DNA of 63,719 nucleotides, counting the filler, from Lenisia limosa (lineage: Eukaryota; Protista; Breviatea), in NCBI GenBank assembly GCA_001655205.1. It is 12 parts of 12 records of this genome, joined end to end, with 100 filler letters (N's around TTAATTAATTAA, not from the genome) between each part and the next. Parts side by side here need not be neighbours in the genome. Positions count along the whole stretch, not along the records: positions 27,125 to 30,632 come from LPNZ01010826.1; positions 30,733 to 32,298 come from LPNZ01003771.1; positions 32,399 to 33,661 come from LPNZ01003547.1; positions 33,762 to 34,885 come from LPNZ01003116.1; positions 34,986 to 37,136 come from LPNZ01007384.1; positions 37,237 to 44,182 come from LPNZ01006128.1; 6 more parts are not named here. One strand, written 5' to 3'. Numbering within the stretch: position 1 is the stretch's first letter; each line of letters starts with the position of its first letter. The notes beneath the pieces were generated by a model, which did no database searches, had not been told where the DNA came from, and was given only the letters and a program-made list of their open reading frames with translations. Shown piece after piece: positions 29,483-40,600 of the stretch. Made by a program: the position numbers and the translations under genes.

Positions 29483-30632
29483 ATGTTGAATGGGAAGTGG
29501 TTCCTCATCGCGTTTTGCACGCTATTATCATTGCTCACATTGACAACAACAGCCGCCAGGTTGGTATTCAGCAGCAATGCTCCTACTGGGATGACCCATA
29601 TATATCATTAGACAATATGTAAAACTCCACACAATACACATGTAGCAGTACTTGATCTTCTACTTTTCAACATATTAACGATGTATAATTCCTCTACCTT
29701 GGGTTATGGGCCTCCTCGGGTATAAGTACAGTCTTGACCGATTTTCCTTGGGAAATCTTATAGCACGCCTTATCCCGGTCACTGTACATATAGGTCATAT
29801 TCCCCTCCCTCTGTTACCTCAGCATTTACGCTGGAGTGATGAGATGCAGCAGTGCTGCAAAAGCGACTGGCTTGGGATGTGTTTTTATGTGTATGTCTTT
29901 GTTTGTATCTCTCTCTCTCTGTTTTTATGTCATATTTATATATATTTTTTTTATTATTTATATACACTATGTGTGTGTGTGTATGTGTGTCTGTCTGTCT
30001 GTTTGTGTGTATGTGTGTGTGTGTGTGTGTGTGTTGTGTGTGTGTGTATATGTGTGTATGTATGTGTGTGTGTTTCCTTTGCATGTTTCTCAAATAGTCC
30101 AATTATACCAGGCTTGTGTTCTCTCTATTTTCCCCGATTCAAAAAAGAATTTACCCCGATGGAATGCGGTGCTGCAGAAGGGACACTGGCCTGGGCTTTT
30201 TTTTTTTGTTGTTGTTGTTATCAACCCTTGTGTGTTTTCAGCCAACNNNNNNNNNNNNNNNNNNNNNNNNNNNNNNNNNNNNNNNNNNNNNNNNNNNNNN
30301 NNNNNNNNNNNNNNNNNNNNNNNNNNNNNNNNNNNNNNNNNNNNNNNNNNNNNNNNNNNNNNNNNNNNNNNNNNNNNNNNNNNNNNNNNNNNNNNNNNNN
30401 NNNNNNNNNNNNNNNNNNNNNNNNNNNNNNNNNNNNNNNNNNNNNNNNNNNNNNNNNNNNNNNNNNNNNNNNNNGTTCCTCTTCATGCTGCTAAAAAGGT
30501 TGATGGGTTTAATACGTGTGCGTTTATGTCCAGCTATTATTAGGTGTAGTTATACCTCCCCAAACCTTCCTATCCCAATATTCTTCATCGAAATTTCCTT
30601 CGTTTTACTCCCACCACCCCTCCCCCCTCCAG
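29483..30632 (+). CDS. Secreted/ER protein, 5' fragment (signal peptide exon plus small exons)
   Basis: ATG at 29483: MLNGKWFLIAFCTLLSLLTLTTTAA, followed by a GT donor. Downstream exons are tiny or lie in gaps; the piece ends at an acceptor AG (30631-30632) next to a spacer. Confidence 0.45.
29960..30075. repeat. Imperfect (GT)n microsatellite
   Basis: Visible TG dinucleotide run; it produces the spurious Cys/Val and His/Thr ORFs in the track. Confidence 0.9.
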
Positions 30633-30732
30633 NNNNNNNNNNNNNNNNNNNNNNNNNNNNNNNNNNNNNNNNNNNNTTAATTAATTAANNNNNNNNNNNN
30701 NNNNNNNNNNNNNNNNNNNNNNNNNNNNNNNN

Positions 30733-32108
30733 TTGCACCGGAATGCCCATCAAAGTGGGGGTGTTTATCAGAGAAGTGTTGAAGAAGTGTTTATTCCTTC
30801 GTTTAAGGTAGTACGTGGTGCGAAGGAGATTGATTATATTTTCTTATGTCAAATAATTCGCCAACAGAGTTGATTTGAGTTTTTGTTTGGTTTCCTAAAT
30901 TGACAATCCCCCACCCCCCGCAGGCCTGCGCCGACAAACTGAAGAATGAGATTCAGAAGTACGGCTGCCCCCCCAACCTCGAGCAGGCTCATCGTGATGG
31001 TGTGTTTTTATTTGATATATTACCACTAGGGCTCACAACGATCCGAACAGAGACCGTTAAAATATCTATTTTTGGGCTGATGTGAAGCCTTAATTACTAT
31101 GTGATATACACTCGTGATGATGACTGCGATAATGAGTAAACAATACCCCTCCTGGTCTGACCTGGTTTGTTTTGTTGTTTTCAACCCTCAGGCTGCCCTC
31201 AAAAAAGCTTCTAAATATTACCTAACCGAGTTGTTTCTTGCCCCCCCCCCCNNNNNNNNNNNNNNNNNNNNNNNNNNNNNNNNNNNNNNNNNNNNNNNNN
31301 NNNNNNNNNNNNNNNNNNNNNNNNNNNNNNNNNNNNNNNNNNNNNNNNNNNNNNNNNNNNNNNNNNNNNNNNNNNNNNNNNNNNNNNNNNNNNNNNNNNN
31401 NNNNNNNNNNNNNNNNNNNNNNNNNNNNNNNNNNNNNNNNNNNNNNNNNNNNNNNNNNNNNNNNNNNNNNNNNNNNNNNNNNNNNNNNNNNNNNNNNNNN
31501 NNNNNNNNNNNNGATACTTCTGATGCAATAATACTGGGCGTATATTTTTCCGTTTTCATACAGAAGTTATATTTAACAAGCGTGTTTTATGCTGTAGTCC
31601 AAGGCTGCCAGCAAGACTGTTGCAATGGCCACCCAGTGGGAGATCATGGTCTATATGGGTGCGTGGGGGGTCTATATAGTGGGAGTGATTATTTTGAACC
31701 ATGGGATAATCCACTATCCCCCCCCTTCTGCGGTGCTGCAAGCGACTGGCCTGGGCTTTGTTTATTTTTTGTAATCACCCTTGTGTGTTTCCAGCCAGTT
31801 GAGTTGAATTTTGGGTTTTTTTGTTTTATCTATTTTCCAGTCTTACTCCCCCTCATCCCCCAGGTATTCCTGAGGAAGAAGTTCCCAAGTTCGCTGATGC
31901 CGGCTATTGGCTGAGGTACTTCCCTCCTCTCGCTCAGGTTGGCGCGCTATGGGTGTCACCCCCATGTTTTGTTTTGTTCATAAATTTCCCCATTTTCTCA
32001 CCCCCCCCCCTCCCCCAGGTTGACCTCAAGAAAATGGGTGTGCATGTGGATTGGAGGCGTTCGTTCATCACCACAGATGTCAATCCCTATTACGACGCCT
32101 TCGTCAGG
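30733..32108 (+). CDS. LARS1: Cytosolic leucyl-tRNA synthetase, internal fragment
   Basis: CTGMPIK|[36 protein letters not shown] and [25 protein letters not shown]|[30 protein letters not shown] match eukaryotic cytosolic LeuRS. Confidence 0.95.
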
Positions 32109-32448
32109 TGAGGGCTAACAGCAGTCTTATTTTGTTCTTTTGCCCGTTGTTTCGAGTTTTCCCTCACACATGATAAATCCTCGATTATTCTCGATATTTC
32201 GTTTAGTATCACCTTTGAAAGATAATTACAATACGTTCCTACACAGTATATTATCAGGTATTATCCCATACACTTCCCTTCCCCTGGCCAAAGCGACTNN
32301 NNNNNNNNNNNNNNNNNNNNNNNNNNNNNNNNNNNNNNNNNNTTAATTAATTAANNNNNNNNNNNNNNNNNNNNNNNNNNNNNNNNNNNNNNNNNNNNCC
32401 CCCACCCCGCCAACAGCATTATTCTTCAGCGAAATTGCCCCTTTATAT

Positions 32449-32576
32449 CTAGGGCTTCACTTCGTTCGAAAAAGACCGGTACAATATCGATAGTTTCAAT
32501 ATCGATAGTTTCAATATCGATAGTTTCGAGGATTTATCGAGAAATCCAGTCTTTATTCCAACCGAAATGAAGCCCT
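32449..32576. mobile_element. MITE family B copy (TIR GGCTTCACTTCGGTTCGAAAAAGAC, CTAG-flanked)
   Basis: CTAG|GGCTTCACTTCGTTCGAAAAAGAC ... GTCTTTATTCCAACCGAAATGAAGCC, with three internal CAATATCGATAGTTT tandem units. Related copies at 58258-58355, 55201-55229 and 37321-37410. Confidence 0.7.
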
Positions 32577-32639
32577 CTTTATACCCCCTCATACTCTCTT
32601 TCAACATTTTGTCTCTCAATCCAGCTCCCTCAGTACCAG

Positions 32640-33200
32640 GCTTGTCCCGCTCCCCCCGCACCCTCAATGCCAGGCTTGTCAAGATAGTGCAGCGAGAACC
32701 TGAACACCATCATATCAGTGTCCTGCAGGGCATGGCCATTCGGACCCAGAGAGATCTTAGCAACATGCTCGTTTGTTACTTCAACAGCAAACTGAGTTGT
32801 TAATAGTGTGGGAGACTGGAGATCTGGTGGTATTATTATGAATAGACATGTATTATCATAGTCTATATCATATATTTTAGTACATACAGTGACCAGGATA
32901 AGTCTGGACCGATTTAATATGATATACAGTGACCGTGATAAGTCTTGACAAATCTGCTATGAGAATATCATAAGTGAACCTCTCTTTTGGAGTTCAATGG
33001 TATACATCTGTGATATGCGGTTTTTTTTTTATGTCTCTGTGATAGTTCTCAGAAAAGAATTCTCTCGCTTTCCAAAACCACCTTAAACAGGGGAAAGAAC
33101 ACCATGCCATTGCTGTCAGTATCGGCCCAAAAAAGCCTTGAAGCGCCCTTTCGGAGCAGGTTTGTCGTTGTAAGGTCAAGCACTTTTCGGGTCATAATCT
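32640..33200 (-). CDS. Exon fragments of an unidentified gene
   Basis: Open, more GC-rich segments (EHVAKISLGPNGHALQDTDMMVFRFSLHYLDKPG; TCSERALQGFFGPILTAM) lie below a minus-strand C-rich acceptor near 33200. Confidence 0.3.
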
Positions 33201-33310
33201 AGGGGAGTAAAATGAAGCAAAAAAAAAAGTCAAATCAATTCTGTTGGCTGATAACACACAATGGTTGATAAAAACTAGAGGGTTAAGCTTGTAAAAATGG
33301 CAAATATATT

Positions 33311-33388
33311 CAGTGACCGGGGTACATCTTGACCGATTTTCCCTGGGAAATTAGGAAAAACATCGGTCAAGACTTATTCCGGTCACTG
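33311..33388. mobile_element. MITE family A copy
   Basis: CAGTGACCGG...CTTGACCGATTT ... ATCGGTCAAGACTTATTCCGGTCACTG, followed by TA. Confidence 0.8.
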
Positions 33389-35379
33389 TATGAAATATTT
33401 AACTCTGTTGGCTAGAAACACATGACGTTTGATAACAACAAAGCAATACCTCTACAATTGCTATCATTACCACCACTCTTGAAGATTTCCTCTCACATCA
33501 CAGTAAGATTCTTCTTCTTGTTTCACATTCTCAGGTGAGGAACCGAATTTTAGTTTGAGTTAAAAATAACAACCTTTCGCACGAAATCGAAAACTTTTTT
33601 TACTCTCCCCTCCTCTCACCTCATTACGTGATTAGTACCTTTACGCCAATAATCTTCGTCCNNNNNNNNNNNNNNNNNNNNNNNNNNNNNNNNNNNNNNN
33701 NNNNNTTAATTAATTAANNNNNNNNNNNNNNNNNNNNNNNNNNNNNNNNNNNNNNNNNNNNATTTGTTTCAGCAAAAAAAAAAAGAATGAGTTCACAGTA
33801 CATTGAAGATATGTGTACAATTTTAAGAACAGTCCCAAAAAAATTGATCCGCATTTTGTCCACTGATTCGCCTTTTGTCCAGTGATCCGCATTTTGACTA
33901 TACTATATATAGTATATTATATTGTTACTGCTCTTATTATAGGATTAGATATTTAGCCAGTGAATACTCTCTGGTGTTTTACAAAAAAAAAAGGTTTTAT
34001 AATTTTCGTTCAACTAATTCCTAGGCTGTGGTCGTCACAAGATTGATCTCTTAGATAAAAGCCACCAATATAACATTCGGTTCATCAAATCCTGTGACAT
34101 TCTCGTTTTGATTTTGTTAATGACATAATGAGTGGATCCTATTCTTTTATTTTTTTAGAAAAAAATTGAAACCCCCCCCCTTTTTTTTTAGTAAAAAATA
34201 ATAACTTGTGCAAGACAAGAAAAAAGGTCGATGCACATCTATACCAACTTACGCCCAGAGAAAGACCATAGTCCAAAGTCAAACGTAGCATATTAAAATC
34301 TGATGAACCAAAAAGATGACCGTTTCTGAAAAGTTAAGTTAGGGATACCACGAAACTACCTAAGCATAATAATATTACGCTTTTCTTGTAGAACAATATC
34401 ATATCAGACATATACATATGATTTAGCATAGTACATTTAAAGCCGGAGTCCACTTAAATTGTGTAAACATACAATTTTTGTTCTGCAGTGGACAAATGTA
34501 AAATTTTGAGATGATACGTAATACATAACTCACTTATGATATGATAGAGTATACTTCTATTGACACTCATTCCTCTACCATTAAAAATACACCTTGATAT
34601 TGATGCTCTTAAAACCCCACCACGTGAACTCTTGGAATGTCGATACATGCATTTTTTACCATTTAAGGTGGTACTGTCATGGTGCTAGTGTAAGGTCATA
34701 TTATTTAAAATTTATCCAAATTCAAATAGCATGATAAAAAAAATAGAGAATGACAAGAATTTTAAGTTTCCAACTTTTTCAACGTTTTGACCAACATTTC
34801 CTAACAGCAAATAAAAGAGCGAAGAAGATGATGTTGCGTTTTAAAAATAGGCACTACCGAAGGGCACAAAACCAAATATTCTGAANNNNNNNNNNNNNNN
34901 NNNNNNNNNNNNNNNNNNNNNNNNNNNNNTTAATTAATTAANNNNNNNNNNNNNNNNNNNNNNNNNNNNNNNNNNNNNNNNNNNNATATATAAATGAGAA
35001 ATAAAACAAGGTTGTACAGGATTGAAGCCGTCCACACCATCACGCTTTTAGGACATATTGGATTAATGTCAGGAGAGTAGTAATACTCCTTGAAAATAGA
35101 GAAATTAAATTTGATTGGAAGTGGTTATACCAAAACTTATTTTTATTCACTTTAGTTCTACATTTTAGATCTTAATTTCCTAAACAGAATTGGAATTTGA
35201 AGTGAGATAGAATATAACGAGATCTTCTTTTTAGACTCTTTATTTCAAATTTTATTCCTCAAAACAAATTAATTACACGTAAAAATAAAATACTGCATAA
35301 ACTATTTTGAAAAATTAATTCTCTTTAGTTCTTCAAAAATCTACTCGGGGTATTAAGAAGATTATTATTGAACATTTTG

Positions 35380-36872
35380 TCTTCTTGGATAATAATTTCT
35401 TGTTCAAATAAAGAGAAGAACTCCTCTGGGAATCTCAATTGAAAACCTGCTAATTTCTACAGGCATTTGAAAGACTTATGGCCGCACCTCATCTGACTGT
35501 AGCTGAAGGTGAAGGGGGGGGGGGAGGCTTTCATTATTTAACAGGTGGAGGGAGAGGGGGCTNNNNNNNNNNNNNNNNNNNNNNNNNNNNNNNNNNNNNN
35601 NNNNNNNNNNNNAAGGAATTGACTCTAAACAATAGCCCCATTTGACATTCTTTACCCACTCCCCCTTACCCCGAAACAGGTAACATTCTCTTGGAGGAAC
35701 TGCATATCGAAGGTGGACCCCTAAGATGGCTCTACCCAGTCTATCAGTCGATGATCCAAAAGGTATGTTAATAGGTCTGTGATAGGCCTGTGATAGGGGA
35801 GTAATAGGTCCGCAAAAAGACTAAATTTTCCACCCGTAGAATGCCGTTTGTTCGGACTTTGATGCAGTGACTCAGCTAGCGTTCAATGAGGGACTTCAAC
35901 TTTCACATGGTTTGACATCGTGACTGAATTTTTGATCGTGTATTGGAAGCGAAATATTATATCCGATCACCTTTTATCGTGGGTGGACTTTTATTTTTCA
36001 CATGGCTATTTGATTTTAGCATTGAGCTTTGATCAACAGCGCTTTCAACAGCTTGAGTCATGAAAAAAGTACCTAATAGTCACCGCATTATTGTATTTAT
36101 CCTGGTTGAACTTGTGCTTTGCAGCTACGTTTATAAACTTAGCATTTTGAACACTTCGTTGAACTAAATATTTTGTAAATATGTTCGTAACCTGTGCTTA
36201 TGCTAGGTTGCATGTTCATAATCTGTGCTTATGCAGGTTGCATTTTAGAGTATGCATTGAACATGTTATTTTAAACACTCAAACCAGATATAAGCTAAAG
36301 TGTTTCGAACAAGTGTATTGAAGTTAACGTGAACCATCAGATACATGGATAAAATGTTCACAACCAAGATTGCAGTTAATATTTTAGAATTATTGGCCTC
36401 AAGAGCGAATATGTACCTAAACAAGGGCCAACCAGTGACTGCAGCTATTTTCGCACAAGCGTGAGCGAATTTGGAAATGCAGGAATTGGGTTCCTATCTC
36501 GATTCCTGGATATACCAAGAAAATCAGTCTTTTTATTATTGAGGTCAAATTTTGTTGAATAAACAGCAAAAAATATAATTTCTTCTATATTCCAATGTGG
36601 TATCTGGCCGACTTCATCGCGTTTATTAGAGATGTTTGTTTGTAATATAACCACACGTATTATTATAAAAAGACTGAAATTTTTTGTCTTGGTCTTATTA
36701 AAGTTCTTAAACTTACTTTATGTTTCAAATTGAAGTTCTAGAACTGACTCTAAATTTGGAACTGACGCTCAAAAACTGACTCCGAATCCAGGATCCTCAA
36801 GAGGGACATCATGCACACCGCAGCTCTGGAAGTGCTTATTTCGGCTCTGGTGGAAACCAAATCCACAACTGA
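35380..36872 (+). CDS. Exon fragments of a helical, possibly TPR-like protein
   Basis: Splice-bounded segments AFERLMAAPHLTVAE, GNILLEELHIEGGPLRWLYPVYQSMIQK, NAVCSDFDAVTQLAFNEGL, ELLASRANMYLNKGQPVTAAIFAQA and ILKRDIMHTAALEVLISALVETK. Confidence 0.4.
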
Positions 36873-37529
36873 GGTGAGAAGATATATTTTGACATTTTGA
36901 AAGCAAAAAAACAATACTTTTAATAAAATGAAGGAAATAAATACAGGACTATCTTATCTCTTTTTGGGTCATTTTCTAACATTGAGTATCATTGAGACTC
37001 GTCGGTCAATTACTCCGAAGAAAATGGGTTATCCCCCGTGTGAAAATGATCCAAAAAGTGACATGATACCTTGTTGATATCCCAGCGGTCATAAATCAGG
37101 TGGAAATCAGAAATCAGGTGGAAATCAAAAATCAAANNNNNNNNNNNNNNNNNNNNNNNNNNNNNNNNNNNNNNNNNNNNTTAATTAATTAANNNNNNNN
37201 NNNNNNNNNNNNNNNNNNNNNNNNNNNNNNNNNNNNAACAAAGCCTAGGCCAGTCGCTTCTGGGATCGGGAGTGGTTCAAATACATAGTTATTGTGGGGG
37301 GGTGGGGTGAAAGACATATTTATAGGGCTTCCCTACGGTCCCCAAAAAGACTTAATTTTATAAATCCTTGACAAATATCGATATTCTACCAGTCTTTTTC
37401 GGACCCATAGATATTATATTGGTGAAGGCTGCTCAGTGGGGGCACATTAGTTTATAAGTGTGATGGTTCGGCCAGATAGTCTTGACTAATTTGCCATAGG
37501 ATTTCCCAAGACTTATACATGTCAATGTA

Positions 37530-37605
37530 CAGTGACCAGGATAAGTCTTGACCTATTTTCCTTGGGAAATCACATAACAAATCGGTCAACTTATCCCGGC
37601 CACTG
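37530..37605. mobile_element. MITE family A copy with TA on both flanks
   Basis: TA|CAGTGACCAGGATAAGTCTTGACC ... GGTCAACTTATCCCGGCCACTG|TA. Confidence 0.8.
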
Positions 37606-37629
37606 TATATCATGTATATACATGTAGTA

Positions 37630-40600
37630 TATCATAATACCTCCCCCACAGTTGACCCCTGGGTGAGGCTGGCTATAAACTCAACGTCACTATCAGAATC
37701 CGAGTCAAAAAAGGCGTCAAAATGAGGCGGCGCTGCAGCTATACTTGGAAGTTCCGCCTTCGCTTCCGAAATCGCTTCCGACTTTGCTTCCGACTGGAGA
37801 GGAAATGAGATTTGACAAAGTATGATGGTGGTAGAGGGGGGGGGGGAATAAAATTTATGAAACAAACAAAATAAAAAGCCTATATCAACGNNNNNNNNNN
37901 NNNNNNNNNNNNNNNNNNNNNNNNNNNNNNNNNNNNNNNNNNNNNNNNNNNNNNNNNNNNNNNNNNNNNNNNNNGTTGGCTGACAACACAAGATGCTTGA
38001 GAATAAAACAAACACAAAGCCAGGGCCAGTCACTTCTGCAGCTCCCCTCCCCCCCAGCTATTTGTTTCCCTAGAAATGTATATTTCTCTTGTTTATAAAA
38101 AAAACCCCCAGCTTACTGTATTAACTTCCCACATCGCTTCCGACACTCCTTTCTGTCCGGGTTTGAGGGGCGACAAAAGTGACCCGCCTCGGGTCCCCAG
38201 AGTGCCCTCCAGAGGACGAATTCCGCGGTTGAGCCGATCTCGTGCGGACCAGCCATCCATCCAGGCTCGACGGTAGATCTACGAAGTTAGATTTTGCCTG
38301 TTTTTTTTGTTTAATAAAGTCCTCATCATTATCATTATCGTCATCATACCATCATTATCATCATCACCATCATCATCATCTCATCATGATCATCATCATC
38401 ATCAATTTCATTATCATCACCATCATCATCATCATCATCATTACCGTCACAATCACCACTAGCATAACACCCAACCTGCAAAGCACTGAGACTTGCAACG
38501 TGACTCTGATCAAGAAGTGAGCTGGGGGAAGGAGCTGGTGTTCCGCTGATGAGCTGGTCGAGTACCTATGAATTATAAATACGAAGTAGGAACAAAAAAA
38601 AAAGGGGGGGGGGGAGAGGGGNNNNNNNNNNNNNNNNNNNNNNNNNNNNNNNNNNNNNNNNNNNNNNNNNNNNNNNNNNNNNNNNNNNNNNNNNNNNNNN
38701 NNNNNNNNNNNNNNNNNNNNNNNNNNNNNNNNNNNNNNNNNNNNNNNNNNNNNNNNNNNNNNNNNNNNNNNNNNNNNNNNNNNNNNNNNNNNNNNNNNNN
38801 NNNNNNNNNNNNNNCCTCCCCATTTCACTCCCGATGCAAGTTTTCCCCGAAATATCGACAAATGTCTGCCTCCCACCACCGCCTGCCTTGGGTTCACCAA
38901 TGTAACATTTCATCCTGACAAGATGTTTCACTGGGCCAGTCTGGTCTTGGTGAGCGCTGTCGTCTTCCTGGCCTGCCGCATCATTACCTACGCTTGGGTT
39001 TGATTGCTTTGCTTTGGCCGCCGGGGATTCGATGAGTGCAAGTCGATAGCATTTTGTTGGGAGGTTTTGGTCCCCCTTGGTATGCTGGTCCGCTGCCACC
39101 TCAGGTTTTTCTTTGTTTCCCCTGTTTCTTTTCTTCTTCTTGTTTACTGATATTGTATTTTTGTTTGTATGTGTTTATTTTCATCTTTCAATATATTTTA
39201 TTTTCATCTTTTCAAAAATAACCACCCTACTTGGAAACAGGGCTGGATCAACCCCCCTTCTTTTTCCGGCCTCCATTTACGACACTGAAGGCCTTGGTAT
39301 CCTCCATGCCCTAGTCATCGCCGCCGAACGCCCACGTTACTATCCACTGTGACAACAAGGCTATGGTCAATGCGGCCACTGAGGCCCTAACAACACCACC
39401 AACTCACCCAAATAACTCGGCATATGCGATTCTCTCAGCCATCGCCATTGCCGCCTCTCGTCTCTCAAGCCCTCCTACCATCAACTTGATTAAGGCTCAT
39501 CAGTCCTAAGTCAGCCCGATGGCAACGTGCAGACGCACTTGCTAAGTCCGCAACGGCACCCGACGGTTCCCGCCAATAACCCTACCTCATGTACCTGCTT
39601 CTGCTTGGCTTAGCTCAAGGAACGACGATTATCCAGTCATCTAGCCCTTCACTGTCACCAGAAGGCGAACCAAGTCCCAATTACCGCTCCCTTTGCCTCG
39701 AACACGCTACCCTCTGCGCCCCATCGGTACCACCTCTCAATTATGCGTCGATATACTCCGCACCTGCTCCCAGGAGAAACCCCCTACGGCAGCAACGTTC
39801 TCCAGCCGAACACTAAGAAAGGCTTAGGCTGTACCAAACAGAACTCATGGAGTCTGGAAAAGCTCCGCCTCCGCATTCTAAGTGGCACACTACCCACTCG
39901 ACGTTGGTGGTCTGTCATCCATCCTGATGCCGGTATCAACCCGCGTTGTCCTCTCTGCCCCCTGATAGTCCACCTCTCGTTGAATCCCTACGGCATCTCC
40001 TTTCAGTCTGTGAACACCCGACAATGGTCGACCTCCGTAGAAGAATTGCCAGCGAGGGTGTTTGTCCTTGTGTACAGTTAAACTGCCGGATCTTTATGAT
40101 CCTAGTTTCAATAGAGACTTTATTTTTGGTCCCACTTACCTCATTAAGAAACCGCCCACTTACTATATGAGGAAATCGCCACTTACCTCATTAGGAAACG
40201 CCCACATACTATTGGGAAATCGCCACTTACCTCATTTGGAAATCGTTGTTGGTGTCCAGCGTCAAGCTGCAGTCTGTAGTATTAGTTTTTTGAGAGAGAA
40301 AAATCAAATGCAATTAAATAATACTACATCAAGGAAGGAAGGGAACAAGATAGCATTTTTTTGTAGTGTTTCACATCTTGAAACTAGGACTCCGTGCATC
40401 TAATTTTTTGGGGAAATTAATTGGAAAGTTCTGAAAGGGGTTCTCGTTCTAGAACCAACCGATTTGCCTCGGTGCGGATATCGGATGAAAGGTACTCTTT
40501 TGCTACTGTTGAGTCTGAGCGGACTGAAGAGGCGTTTTGATTCTGGTAGGAAGTGAAAAAGAAAACACAGTANNNNNNNNNNNNNNNNNNNNNNNNNNNN

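Noticed and set aside
29706-30688. Long ORFs rich in Cys/Val or His/Thr (e.g. 29706-30494, 29779-30102)
   Set aside because: They are translations of a (GT)n microsatellite and N gaps.
33845-37136. Small local tandem repeats (33845-33895, 36735-36785, 37095-37136; also 59253-59330)
   Set aside because: They have only two or three copies, no unique spacers and no link to gene structure, consistent with ordinary slippage duplications.
38242-38520. Poly-His/Ile and poly-Met ORFs here and at 51899-52240
   Set aside because: They come from (ATC)n/(GAT)n microsatellites.
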